Positions 9,196-20,500 of a stretch of 64,000 nt of DNA are shown one piece after another. Position numbers and translations under genes: made by a program. Below the pieces are notes generated by a model that was not told the DNA's origin, did not search any database, and was given only the letters and a program-made list of their open reading frames with translations. Positions within the stretch are counted from its first letter, which is position 1; each line of letters begins with the position of its first letter. Location of the stretch: the NCBI GenBank assembly GCA_038243585.1, contig JBBSQY010000012.1, forward strand, positions 12,645-76,644, read 5' to 3'. The DNA comes from Candidatus Sumerlaeales bacterium (lineage in GTDB: Bacteria; Sumerlaeota; Sumerlaeia; Sumerlaeales; Sumerlaeaceae).

Positions 9196-10224
9196 ATGAA
9201 CATCCAGACCCTTACACTTCACCTGCTGGAAGACCAGCCTATCGATGATATGACCGCCGAGATGCGCGGGGCGGCGGAGGAGATGCTGACTGGCGTTGCT
9301 TCTCCGGTGCAAATGGCGGCTTTTCTTACGGCGCTGCGGGCGCGGGGGGAGACTCCGCGGGTGCTGGCGGCGTTTGCGGGAGTGATGCGGGAACGGGTTG
9401 CGCCGTTTGCGACGCCGGAGGGCACGGTGGTGGATACGTGTGGGACAGGGGGCGATCATAGCGGAACTTTTAATATTTCCACTACAGCGGCGTTTGTGGC
9501 GGCGGGGGCCGGGGTGAAGGTGGCGAAGCACGGCAATCGCAGCATGACCAGCAAGTGTGGCAGCAGCGACGTGCTTGCGGAGCTTGGCATCGATGTGGAG
9601 TGTGACGGCGCGATTATGGAGCGGGCGCTGCGGGAGGTGGGCATTTGTTTTCTGCACGCGCAGTGCTATCACGGCAGCATGCGCCATGTGGCGCCGGTGC
9701 GGCGCGAGCTGGGGTTTCGGACGATGTTTAATATGCTGGGGCCGCTGGCGAATCCGGCGCGGGCGAGCCATCAGCTTGTGGGGGTGTTTGGCCGGGAGCA
9801 GGCGCACCTGGTGGCGCAGGTGCTTAACTTGCTCGGGACAAGAGGCGCAATGGTGGTGCATGGCAGCGATGGCCTGGACGAGATTACGATTACTGGCGAC
9901 ACCTACGCCTACCGCGTGATCGACGGGCGGGTTGAGGAGCACCTAATCATCCCACATCTGCTTGGGTTTGGCCTGGCGAGCCGGGAGGATCTGCTTGGCG
10001 GCGATGCGGCGGATAATGCCCGGATGCTGACGGAGATCCTCTCCGGCGCGACGGGGCCGAAAACGGATATTGTGCTGTTGAACGCGGGAGCGGCCATCCA
10101 TGTGGCGGAACTGGCGCCGACGCTGGCGGAGGGTGTTGCGCTTGCGCGGGAATCAATCAGCAGCGGCGGGGCGCTGAGGTGTCTGCGGGGGTTGCAGGCG
10201 CTGTCTGGTAATACTGCAGGCTAA
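9196..10224 (+). CDS. trpD: Anthranilate phosphoribosyltransferase
   Basis: DTCGTGGD..TFNIST, KHGNRS and HGSDGLDE motifs. Confidence 0.95.
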   Translation: MNIQTLTLHLLEDQPIDDMTAEMRGAAEEMLTGVASPVQMAAFLTALRARGETPRVLAAFAGVMRERVAPFATPEGTVVDTCGTGGDHSGTFNISTTAAFVAAGAGVKVAKHGNRSMTSKCGSSDVLAELGIDVECDGAIMERALREVGICFLHAQCYHGSMRHVAPVRRELGFRTMFNMLGPLANPARASHQLVGVFGREQAHLVAQVLNLLGTRGAMVVHGSDGLDEITITGDTYAYRVIDGRVEEHLIIPHLLGFGLASREDLLGGDAADNARMLTEILSGATGPKTDIVLLNAGAAIHVAELAPTLAEGVALARESISSGGALRCLRGLQALSGNTAG

Positions 10225-10278
10225 ACAAGTTACGGTGTTATCGTCTCACTTTGCGGTTTGCTGTTTCAGAATTTCGCG

Positions 10279-13200
10279 TTATGGAATGTCGAAATCCTTG
10301 TACACCTGATCCTGGTCGGGGACGGTGAATTGCTCCATGCGTAGCCCTGTATTGGCCAGCTTGTTGATCGTTCCTCCGAAGGTTATCTCATAGGGACCAG
10401 GCTCCAGATTGGGGAGAACATAGCTGCCGTTTTTCGGCTGGAAGCTATGGACGCTTTGGCCAGCTATAGTGTTTCGGGCAATGATTACCAGCGCCTCCGG
10501 TTCGCCACTTGTAAAGATTGTGCCTCTCATGGTTACGCTGCCCAGGCGGAAGTATAGTTCACGAGTTTCCCCGGATGCCAGCAGGATGGTTTGTACGGTG
10601 GATTGGGCGGTCACCGTATAGTGGCCCGGCTGGACATTTGAAAACTTAAAACTTCCGTCGGGTCCGGATTGGCTGGTTAATTCCAGTGTCTGCCCTCTGA
10701 CATTTGTCCTGGCGGTCACAGGAACGCCGGCCCGGCCCTCCCCTGTCGGGCTGGATACGACGAAGCCGGTGATGGCTGCGGATTCGCTGATCAAGATATC
10801 TCCGAGGTCGGAAAAAGCGCCTTCTTCCACCTCTATTTCTTTATCAACCGCGACCATGGGCGGCTTCGGCATGGCGGTAATTCGCAGTTTTCCGGAAGGT
10901 ATGTTCGCAATCAGAAATGTCCCGTCCGCGTCGGTGACGGAGTTGCCGGCCGGGGTTGTGCTGAATTGAACGGTTTCAAAGGCGGCTATGGGCACGTCGG
11001 GCGCCGGCTTTTTGGAATCCGCAAAAAGGACGCGGCCGCTTACGCCGGAAGGCAATCCCAGTTCGAAGATCTTTGTCGTTTCCGATCCCGTTTTTGGGGC
11101 GACCACCTCAAAAGATTTCGTCGCGTAACCTTCTGCGGAGATTTTCAGATATGTGGATTGACCGGGTTCTAAATAGAAGCGGAAGCCGCCCGGCCCTTCG
11201 CCGTCCGTGAGTATTTCTCCTGCGCCGGGAGCTTTAAAATCCGTTATAGGCTGTCGGGTGGTCCCGTCGATCACACGCCCCCTGATGGTCACCTGGGTGT
11301 CCATCTTAATCATCAGCTTTTTGTTGCCGGCTTTTACTGTTACCTGCTTCATCAACTGGGGATTATGGGAGATGACTATGAGTGTTACGTCCCCCGGAGA
11401 CAGGCCTCCTATCTTGAAATGGCCGCTCTCGTCTGTCTTCTGGACAGGCAGCCCGGTGTGTAGAATATTGATATGGGCGGTAACGGGTTTGCCGCCTGCG
11501 CCGACCACGTGTCCCTCTACCGTCATATCTTCGCCGAGGCTTATATCCACGCCAGATTTCGTTTCTCCCGGAGCCAGATCGACTGTGGCACCGCCGGGGG
11601 CATAACCTTTGGCAAAGGCCGTAAAAGTCATCTGCCCCGGAGCCATGCTTTCGAGGCGGTAGTTGCCATCGCTGTCGGAAGTCCCAAGAGTTCTTCGATC
11701 CACAACTGTGCTGAATCCGACTGAGTAATGGTCTGACGTATCAATTTTGGCCCCGCTGACGGGATCACCGGATGGATTTAGGACTCGGCCTTCCACTGTT
11801 GCGCCTTCGTCCAGTATAATTATTATATCGGTCTGATCGTCGCTGGAAACGGGGTATTCGATAGACCGCTTGAAAGCATAGCCCGGCGCGGTAACTTCTA
11901 TCATTCCATTCTGGAAAGGCAGGAGCTCGAAGGTAAAGCGGCCGTCGGCATCGGAGGTTGTGCGGTTGTAATTGGTAGCGGAAAATTTTATTGAGCCGTT
12001 CCACGTGAGGGAGGCACCGGCTACGGGAGCGCCTTCTTTGTTTTGTATGTAGCCGCTTACTCGCACGACGGCGGTCATTGGCATATCATGCACTAGAGAA
12101 TCGGAATCCGTAGGAAGATCGACGCCGGAATATGCAGGAACGCCGTTGTGGTAGGACGTGCGGGGGTTGGCGGCAATGGTGTAACCCGGTAGTTCTACGG
12201 TAATATCCGGGCTGGCATCAGGGGGAATTTTCGAAAAGGAATATCTGCCGGCGGCGTCGGTGACGGCGAGGTCACTAGCCTGGTCACCGCTGTAGAACTG
12301 CACATTTGCGGAGGGCAGCGGTTCGCTGGTGTCTTTGTCTAAGACGGTTCCCGTCAGGTTATACCCGGAAAAGACGCGGACGGTTATGGCGGTGGTTTCT
12401 TTGTCGGTGAGTATGGGAGACAAGGCATCGGACGGTTCGCCGGGTGCGGACCAGAGGGGGATGCCGCTGTTGGCGGCTTTGACTTCGATGCTTACGGGGC
12501 CGGAGGGAAGCTGCTCCAGATTAAAGGAGCCGTCTGCCTCTGTTGTGGCGTGGGCGGCGGCTTTCCCGGCGGGAAGAACGCTGACTTTGACGCCGGCGGC
12601 GGGAGAATCGCCGGGAAACATCAACACGTGGCCGGCGATAGCGGCAGTGCCGCTGGTGATGCGAAGGTGGACGGGGCCGGTGGTGGGGACGAGAATATTG
12701 GTGGCCGTGGAGGGGCAGCCTTTCTGGGAAGGGTAGTCTCTCGCTTCCGCGCCGATGGTGGCGATGCCTGCTGGGACGTTCTCTATTATGAAGTCGCCGG
12801 ACACAGAAACAGTGGTCCGCTGGTTGTCGTAATTCCAGCCGTCGCTAAGGGGGTCTTCCGAACGCAGGTGGACATTCGCGGTGCTGACGGGATTGTCGTT
12901 GAAGTCGGTTACCCGGCCGCGGATAGTATGAAGCGCGGGGATGACAAAATCCTGAGTCAGGCGGCGGATGCGGGGTTCGGTGGTGGCATCGCTGGCGGAA
13001 GCGAGGTCTGCAATGGCGCGGACGGGTCTGCGCAGTTCGACTCGCATGGACCCGCCGTCGCGGCCGCTGAGAGTATAACGGCCGTTCGCATCTATGGGTG
13101 AAACGTCGAGGCGATAACTTTGACTGCTGACAGGCTGGAGAGGATCGCCGTTTCGCCATAGCTCAATGGTGGCGGTAGTGTCGGGAGCGCCATTTTCGAA

Positions 13201-13539
13201 TCTAACAGTCCCGGTTACTATTAAGGTGGGTTCTGTGATTTTGCGATTATCCGGACGGGTGCGGTGGGCAGAGGACGCTGAATCATTTTGCGATGATCCA
13301 CGATTTTTCTGTGCGCCACGAGCGCTGGTATTTTCCCTGGACTCTAACGTGGTGATTTTCGCGGCGGCGGGAGTTTCGGAGGCGATTGACACGTTGCGCG
13401 CTGGCGAATTGGTGGTAGCACCGTCATCGCAGCCGGGACATAGCAGGGCGACCATTACGGCTATGGTAACGCAGGCGATGCGACCGCTGCGAAACATTTG
13501 AGTTACTGCGTAGAGCGAGGGGCTGGGGTGAAATGTCAT
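10279..13539 (-). CDS. Large exported (lipo)protein with tandem carboxypeptidase-regulatory-like beta-sandwich repeats
   Basis: Lipobox-like LLCPGC; about 10 repeats of G.V....G.P..GA.V...TD..G.F....L.PG. Confidence 0.75.
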   Translation of the reverse strand: MTFHPSPSLYAVTQMFRSGRIACVTIAVMVALLCPGCDDGATTNSPARNVSIASETPAAAKITTLESRENTSARGAQKNRGSSQNDSASSAHRTRPDNRKITEPTLIVTGTVRFENGAPDTTATIELWRNGDPLQPVSSQSYRLDVSPIDANGRYTLSGRDGGSMRVELRRPVRAIADLASASDATTEPRIRRLTQDFVIPALHTIRGRVTDFNDNPVSTANVHLRSEDPLSDGWNYDNQRTTVSVSGDFIIENVPAGIATIGAEARDYPSQKGCPSTATNILVPTTGPVHLRITSGTAAIAGHVLMFPGDSPAAGVKVSVLPAGKAAAHATTEADGSFNLEQLPSGPVSIEVKAANSGIPLWSAPGEPSDALSPILTDKETTAITVRVFSGYNLTGTVLDKDTSEPLPSANVQFYSGDQASDLAVTDAAGRYSFSKIPPDASPDITVELPGYTIAANPRTSYHNGVPAYSGVDLPTDSDSLVHDMPMTAVVRVSGYIQNKEGAPVAGASLTWNGSIKFSATNYNRTTSDADGRFTFELLPFQNGMIEVTAPGYAFKRSIEYPVSSDDQTDIIIILDEGATVEGRVLNPSGDPVSGAKIDTSDHYSVGFSTVVDRRTLGTSDSDGNYRLESMAPGQMTFTAFAKGYAPGGATVDLAPGETKSGVDISLGEDMTVEGHVVGAGGKPVTAHINILHTGLPVQKTDESGHFKIGGLSPGDVTLIVISHNPQLMKQVTVKAGNKKLMIKMDTQVTIRGRVIDGTTRQPITDFKAPGAGEILTDGEGPGGFRFYLEPGQSTYLKISAEGYATKSFEVVAPKTGSETTKIFELGLPSGVSGRVLFADSKKPAPDVPIAAFETVQFSTTPAGNSVTDADGTFLIANIPSGKLRITAMPKPPMVAVDKEIEVEEGAFSDLGDILISESAAITGFVVSSPTGEGRAGVPVTARTNVRGQTLELTSQSGPDGSFKFSNVQPGHYTVTAQSTVQTILLASGETRELYFRLGSVTMRGTIFTSGEPEALVIIARNTIAGQSVHSFQPKNGSYVLPNLEPGPYEITFGGTINKLANTGLRMEQFTVPDQDQVYKDFDIP

Positions 13540-13781
13540 TGGTTCGATGACTCCCTACTGTCGAAATGGATGGGACAAACGCCTTTCTGAACTTACAAGG
13601 AGAATTGGACGGCAGGTCGGATGGGGGCGCAGCGGCGGACTTTCTATATCAACTCGTCTACGCGGTCTTGGGAATCAGTCGCGGATATAATTTGTACCCT
13701 GTAATCTTAAAATTGCTACGACCCTGGAGCCAGACCGATTTCCGCATCTTCTACTCATTCGCAAAATTGTACGCCTCGGTT

Positions 13782-14643
13782 ATGCGTCGCTGTTGTTGGC
13801 GCGGAAGGGATGTTGGGCTCGGACGTTGTTCAGGAATTGCGACGGCGCGAGATTGCCCATCTCTCTCTTGGTCGTGCGCAGTGCGACGTGACTTCCGCTG
13901 AAGCCTGTCGACAGGCTTTTGCCGACGGTCAACCGACGGTCGTCATCAATTGCGCCGCCTATACAGATGTGAACCGGGCGGAGTCTGAAATTGATCTCGC
14001 GATGGCGGTCAACCGCGACGGAGCGGCTAATGTCGCGCAGGCGTGTTCCGATATGGGCGCTTCCTGCATCTATGTCAGCACGGATTATGTTTTTGACGGG
14101 GGCAAACCGGAACCATACGAGCCGACGGATTTAACCAATCCCATCAATGCCTATGGCCGGACGAAACTTGCCGGCGAGCAGGCGGTTGTCGCCGCGCTGC
14201 CAGATGGGAAATGGACTATTGCCCGGACCTCATGGCTGTATGGGGCCCATGGTCCAAATTTCGTAAAGACGATGCTGCGGCTGGCTCGCGATGGTAAATA
14301 TCTCAAGATTATCAGCGATCAACGCGGCGCGCCGACCTATACGGTTGATCTTGCCCGCGCTTTGGTTGATATGGCCATTGGCGCGGCAGGCGGGGTTGTC
14401 CATGTTACCAACTCGGGCGCTTGCAGCTGGTATGAGTTTGCCCAGGAAATCTTTGCCCTGTCCGGCGTTAACCCGCTGTCACTAATCCCCTGCGCAACGG
14501 CGGATTTCCCGACGGCAGCCTGTCGCCCTTCCAATAGTCAGCTCTCGTCAACGAGCCTGGTGGATCGCCAAGTCGCCCCGTTGCCGCCCTGGCAGGACGG
14601 TTTGCGCCGGTATCTTGCCGAGACTGGTGATCTATCTCAATGA
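13782..14643 (+). CDS. rfbD: dTDP-4-dehydrorhamnose reductase (apparent frameshift right after the start codon)
   Basis: VINCAAYTDV, STDYVFDG, YGRTKLAGE and DQRGAPT motifs. The VAVVGAEGMLG Rossmann strand lies upstream of the tracked ATG 13810 and is out of frame with ATG 13782. Confidence 0.9.
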
Positions 14644-15572
14644 GCAAAAAGGACGCATCTTTTGGGCACCTGCGCCCAACCACCGCGCCGGAAATGCTGG
14701 ATCGGGCCTATGCGGTCTCTGTCCGCATTGCGCCAATTTTATGGGGATGCGCCTTTGTTTCCGCCACCGGCAGTTACGCGCTTTCTGCTGGAATGGATTG
14801 GATTGAAAGTGCAGAAACCTCAAATCCGTATATGGTCGCGGGCATCCTGCCGCTTATCCTTTTTGCGGAATACGCAATTGCCGTTGCCCTGCTGGCGCTG
14901 TTCCAGGGGCTTATCTTTCCCCGTCGCCCACTGGGGGTTAAACCCCTGACTCGCACGGCACTGCGCAAACTGCCCGGCTTTTTTCTCACCAACCTGCTGT
15001 ACCTGTTTACGGTCATGGTTATCGCCGTTGTAGCCTATGCTGTTTTCACCCTCGAAACAATCCCTGGCGGCCTATACGGCCGAGCGCTGGCCGGAACGGC
15101 TGTCGCCATCGTCGGCCTTTGGATGACTGTTCGCCTGAGCCTCGCTCCCATCATCTGCCTTATTGAAGACGCATCGCCATTTTCGGCCTTTGTGCGTTCA
15201 CGGCTCCTGACGTCGACTCGCGCTGCCACTTCGCACCGCCGGTCGGATAATCCGGTATTCCGTTGGTTGGCTGCGGCTGCGCTGCCCGGCGTGTTGATGC
15301 TGGCCATCGCGGCGGCGTTTGGTGCCTATGCGTACCTGCGGCTGGAAATCCGAGCGCCCCTTGACTGGGAAAGTCCCCCCGTCTCAAATCTGCTGAACCT
15401 GTTCGAGTTTGCCGCCGGGATAATTGCCGCCCCGCTGTATTGGGCCGGCCTGATGGGGCTGTATGTGGAATATCGGATGCGTCACGAGGCCCTCGATTTT
15501 TATCTGCGCCTGCGAGATCAGCGGCGAAACAACGGCGACGCCGCTGAAACCTTTGGTGTAGATGCGGATTGA
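14640..15572 (+). CDS. Hypothetical polytopic membrane protein
   Basis: LRP...EMLDRA N-terminus, about 6 TM helices, Y.EYRMRHEALD C-terminus; ATGA overlap with rfbD. Confidence 0.6.
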   Translation: MSKKDASFGHLRPTTAPEMLDRAYAVSVRIAPILWGCAFVSATGSYALSAGMDWIESAETSNPYMVAGILPLILFAEYAIAVALLALFQGLIFPRRPLGVKPLTRTALRKLPGFFLTNLLYLFTVMVIAVVAYAVFTLETIPGGLYGRALAGTAVAIVGLWMTVRLSLAPIICLIEDASPFSAFVRSRLLTSTRAATSHRRSDNPVFRWLAAAALPGVLMLAIAAAFGAYAYLRLEIRAPLDWESPPVSNLLNLFEFAAGIIAAPLYWAGLMGLYVEYRMRHEALDFYLRLRDQRRNNGDAAETFGVDAD

Positions 15573-15723
15573 TAATAGCGTGAAACGTTCTAATCCGCTT
15601 GCCTTAGCTTTATCCACCCCCACAGGAATAGCATCTGCATGACACCATCGCACTTTTCCGGGCACAACGCGCCGGGAAATTTGTCAATGACTCTGGCAAC
15701 TTCGCACCAACTATAATTAAGGT

Positions 15724-17451
15724 ATGACTGACATGACAAGCTTTGCTAACCAGGACACTTTCAGCGATGACATGGACGAGGATTTCGGCGCGCTGCTGGA
15801 GAACCATCTCCCGACGAAGGTGCCCAAGCGGCAGGAGCTTGTCGATGCCACGGTCGTGCGCCTGCTTGATGATGTGGTGCTGCTGAACTACGGCAGCAAA
15901 GAGGAAGCGAGCGTGCTCGCGGCCGAGTTCATGGATGCCCACGGCGTGGTCATGGTAAAACCGGGCGACAGCATGCGCCTTCAGATGACCGGCCACGATG
16001 ACGACGGCATACCCCAGTTCAGCTATAAAAAGGCGCTCCAGGCGGAATCTCTCGGGATGCTGGCCCAGGCGGCCAAGGCTCGGGTTCCGGTGCGCGGTGT
16101 GGTTACCAAGGCTGTAAACAGCGGAGTGATTGTGGATGTCGGCGGAGTGCAGGCGTTTATGCCGGCCAGCCAGACCGATGTGCGCCGCGTAAACGATCTG
16201 AACACTCTCATTGGCCAGACCATTGAGGCCTACGTGCTGGAGTTCGACGAAAGCCAGAACCGCGCGATACTGTCGCGCCGGGCTCTGCTGTCTGAACGTC
16301 AGGATGCGGACAAAGAAAAGTTTATGGAGACGATCACCCCCGGCGCTGTCGTGAGGGGCAAAGTCCGCGAGGTTCTCGATTTTGGCGCGTTTGTCGAGAT
16401 TGGTCCCGTTGAGGCCCTTGTGCCCCGCAGCGAAATTTCCTATGAACGCTCCGCCAAAATGGAAGATTTTCTTGCTCCTGGCCAGGAAGCCGATTTTAAG
16501 GTGATGGAAATTTCCCGGGAGTCCGGCCGCATCACCCTCAGCCGTAAGCGCCTTGGTGAAGATCCATGGAGCACCATCCGCGATACCTATGGCGTGGGAA
16601 CCAACGTCTCGGGGAAAATCGTTTCCGTTCAGTCTTTCGGAGCGTTCGTCCAGCTTCAGGAAGGCATCACGGGCTTGATTCACGCGGGCGACATCAGCTG
16701 GGACAGCGAGCGCAAAGTTGTTGAAGACATGTTTAAAATTGGCGACACTGTTACCTGTCTCGTCACGGAAGTTGACCCTGCCGCGAAGCGCCTGGGCCTG
16801 AGCCTGAAACATCTCAGCCGCGACCCGTGGACCGACCTCGTCGACCGCTACCCCGTCGGATCCCGTCACAAGGGAACGGTGACGAAGCTGCGGGACTTTG
16901 GCGCGTTTGTCCGCCTGGATGAAAGCGTGGAGGGTCTGTTGCACATCGGCGATTTGAGCTGGGAAAAGCGCCCCACCCACCCGTCAGAATTTGTGTCGGA
17001 AAATCAGGAAATCGACGTCACAATTTTGTCCCACGACCTGGAACGCCGCCGCATCGGTCTCGGCGTGAAGCAGCTCACCGGCTCTCCGTTTGAGCAATTC
17101 ACCAGCGAAAACCCTGTTGGCAGCGTCATCGTCGCGAAAGTCAGCCGCATTGTTCCTTTTGGCGCGTTTGTTGAACTTCTGCCCGGTCTGGAAGGCTTGA
17201 TTCATATAAGCGAGCTGGATGAAGAGCGAGTGGATAAGCCGGAGCGGGTCGTTCGTCTTGGCGAAGAAGTGCGCGTTAAGATTCTCGATACGACGAAAGA
17301 CAAACAGCGCATTTCGCTCAGCCTGAAAGAAGCTGTTCGGGATGAAGAACGGGAAAACATTAAGCAGTATGGCGGATCGCAAGATGCGCCAAAATCCGGC
17401 AGTATGGGTTCTGCTTTCGGCGCGGCGCTTCAGGCGGCAATGAAAAAGTAA
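15724..17451 (+). CDS. rpsA: 30S ribosomal protein S1
   Basis: Six S1-type repeats (FGAFV.L..G..GL.H...). A TAAGGT SD suggests the start may be 15733. Confidence 0.9.
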   Translation: MTDMTSFANQDTFSDDMDEDFGALLENHLPTKVPKRQELVDATVVRLLDDVVLLNYGSKEEASVLAAEFMDAHGVVMVKPGDSMRLQMTGHDDDGIPQFSYKKALQAESLGMLAQAAKARVPVRGVVTKAVNSGVIVDVGGVQAFMPASQTDVRRVNDLNTLIGQTIEAYVLEFDESQNRAILSRRALLSERQDADKEKFMETITPGAVVRGKVREVLDFGAFVEIGPVEALVPRSEISYERSAKMEDFLAPGQEADFKVMEISRESGRITLSRKRLGEDPWSTIRDTYGVGTNVSGKIVSVQSFGAFVQLQEGITGLIHAGDISWDSERKVVEDMFKIGDTVTCLVTEVDPAAKRLGLSLKHLSRDPWTDLVDRYPVGSRHKGTVTKLRDFGAFVRLDESVEGLLHIGDLSWEKRPTHPSEFVSENQEIDVTILSHDLERRRIGLGVKQLTGSPFEQFTSENPVGSVIVAKVSRIVPFGAFVELLPGLEGLIHISELDEERVDKPERVVRLGEEVRVKILDTTKDKQRISLSLKEAVRDEERENIKQYGGSQDAPKSGSMGSAFGAALQAAMKK

Positions 17452-17553
17452 GGCAACGGATCTTGAGCGTTGCGGAGCGGCGCTAACAAAATTAAGCTTT
17501 TAGTGCAGACACGCAAAGAAGGAGAGGGTGCGGAGAGATCTTTCTCTCGCCTT

Positions 17554-20500
17554 TTACTTCTTTGCGTCCTGCTTTAGCTCCGCCAGCACTGACAACGCCT
17601 GGAACGGCGTCAGGGCGTTGATCTCCAAAGCCCGAATCTTTTCCAGCACCGGATGATCCTGCAGATCAAAGAAGGTGAGCTGTACGGTTCGCTCCTCTAC
17701 CCGTAACGAGGATTCCGGTTTCCCGCCGCCACTACCCGCTGCGCCGGTCTGTACGTGGATCGCATTTCCCTTTTCCAGGTCCGCCAGTATCCGCCGCGCC
17801 CGTTGCACCGCCGTCCGCGGCAGGCCCGCTACCTGCGCCGCGTAGATGCCATAGCTGTGATCCGTATGCCCGCGGAGAATCCGGTACAAAAAGGCGACCC
17901 GTTCCTCTTCCTCATGCACCGCCACGTTGTAATTTCGCACCCGCTCCAGCGGCCCCTCAAGGCCTGCTAGCTCATGATAATGGGTTGCGAACAGCGTCTT
18001 TGGTCTGCGCCCCGGCGTGTTATGCAGATATTCTACCACCGACCATGCGATGGACAGCCCGTCATAGGTGGAAGTGCCGCGCCCGATTTCGTCCAGAATC
18101 ACCAGGCTGTTGTCCGTGGCGTTGTTCAGGATGTTAGCTGTCTCGCTCATCTCCACCAGGAACGTGGATTGGCCCTTGGCGATCTGGTCCATGGCGCCCA
18201 CCCGCGTAAAAATACGATCCACAGGCGCCATCCTCGCCTCCGTGGCCGGCACGAAACTACCGATGTGGGCCATTAGAGTGATCAGCGCGACCTGGCGGAT
18301 ATACGTGCTTTTACCCGCCATGTTCGGGCCGGTGATGATAAGAATCTGCTCCGCCACGTTGTCCAGCCGCGTATCGTTAGGGACAAATGGTGTCTCTGAG
18401 CGGAGGGTTTCCAGCACTGGGTGGCGGCCGTCGCGGATGATAATTTCGGATGGGGGTTGCGGACGGCTCGGCGAGCTATCCCTACCTTGATCTTCGACGG
18501 TCGGTCGCACATAGCGCCGCGCGCATGCGGTTACTGCGAACGAGTAAAGCGCGTCAAGCTGCGCTACCGCCTGGGCTGTGGCCTGTATCTGCCGGGCCTC
18601 CGCGCAAACCGCCGCCCGAAGCTCCTCGAAAAGTTTGAATTCCAGTTCGTTCGCACGCTCGTCCGCGTTGAGGATGACCTCTTCTTTTTCTTTCAGCTCC
18701 GGGGTCACATAGCGTTCGCCGCTGGTCAGTGTCTGCTTTCTGATCCATTCTGGCGGCACCTTGGCGACATGGCTGTGGCTGACCTCCAGGTAATAGCCAA
18801 ACACGCGGTTGAATCCGACTTTAAGATTATTGATGCCCGTGCGTTCCGCCTCGCGCTGGCGCAGGGCGGCAATCCATGATTTGCTGTCGCCGGTGAGGGA
18901 GCGCAGCTCGTCCAGTTCAGCGTTATAACCGGCGTTCAGCATTCCGCCGTCTCGAATAGAGAGCGGCGGTTGATCGGCAATGGCAGCATTTAGCCGGGCT
19001 GAAAGCGCTTCGAGCGGATTCATTTTTGCGGAAAGAACAGTAAGAAGATTTTTCTCGTTTACCGCTTGCTTTTGCGGGGAGATATCTCTTGTCTCAACGC
19101 GTTTGATGTAGTCATTTCTGATATGAGGTGAGTCATGGATATTTTGATCGGAATCGTCATCGTCGCCGCTATCGGCGGTCTCGGGTGGCTGGCCATTCGC
19201 AACAACAAAAGCACTGACGGAACCGTCGACCATCTCGACAAAACCAGCACCTTTGACTCCGACTATGGGGACAGTGGCGGCAGCGACGATTAAGTCTCGC
19301 ATCGGCCCGATCCGCTGAAGGCTGTTTTTTAGCGAAAGCAGGTCTCGCCCGTTTGCCGACCCGCAGGAGCACCGGCTTACGATGCGTTCCATGTCGGCTA
19401 TGCCCTTCAGCAGGGCGCCGATTTTCTCCCGCGCCTCGTGATTTATCACCAGCGAATCCACGGCGTCCAGTCGTTGGTTGATGCGAACGGAATCCCGCAG
19501 CGGCTGCAAAATCCATGTGCGCAGCATCCGGCCGCCCATGGGCGTCGCTGTGCGGTCCAGCACCTCGAACAGCGTATGACGCCGCGAGGCGTCGGTCAAA
19601 TTGGTCACCAGTTCCAGGCTGCGCTGCGTGGTGCCGTCCAGCACCATGTAATCGCCCGGGTGGTGCATCCGCACTTCGTTCACATGGATGAGCTGTCCGC
19701 GCTGAGTCTCGGCCAGGTACTGCAGGATCACTCCCGCCGCGCGCGTCGCCAGCACGCTTTCTTCCAGCCCAAAGCCGTGCAGGTCGCGGGTCCCGAAATG
19801 TTGAATCAGCGCCTGGCGTGCTGCGTAATGGGTCGCCCCTGATGGGTCGACCGTGGCCAGCGGCAACGTCTGCCCCCGCAGGTCGTTCGCGCCGCCGGGA
19901 GAATTGTCCAGCGACAGCGCAGCGATCACATCGCCGCCCTCGAACCAGTTCCGCTGATCAGAAGTCACCACCACTTCGCTCGGGGATAACCGCACCAGTT
20001 CCGTAATGCACTCCGCTGCGCAATCCGCCGCCGAAAACTCACAAACAAGGAACTCGCCCGTGGAAAAATCCAGCGCCGCCAGCCCCAACGCCGTGGCACG
20101 CTTATCCTCAGTGGTATCCGCGGCGATCAGCGCCACCAGGTAATTGTTCGCCTTGTCCGACAACAGCGATTCTTCCAGCACGGTGCCGGGCGTGACCACC
20201 CGCACAACCTCGCGCCGCACCACGCCCTTCGCTGTCTTGGGGTTCTCTGTCTGCTCACACATGGCCACGCGATACCCGGCCCGGATCATCCGCGCCAGGT
20301 AGCCGTCCACGCTGTGATAAGGCACTCCCGCCAGCGGCACAGGGCTGCCGTCTATGTCTGTCCCGCGGCTTGTCAGCGTGATGCCCATTACTTCGGAACA
20401 GGTGCGCGCGTCCTCGAAAAACATCTCATAGAAATCGCCGCACCGGAAAAACAGCACGTGATCCGGGTGTTCCGCCTTAATCTGCTGATACTGACGCAGC

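Noticed and set aside
15610..16980. 456-aa antisense ORF over rpsA, and similar shadow ORFs over trpD, MFS, Gfo, capD and polX
   Set aside because: They lie opposite well-supported genes and have no motifs; expected from codon bias in GC-rich DNA.
19050..19280. Intein in MutS
   Set aside because: Too short, and no C/S start with an HN-C/S/T end.
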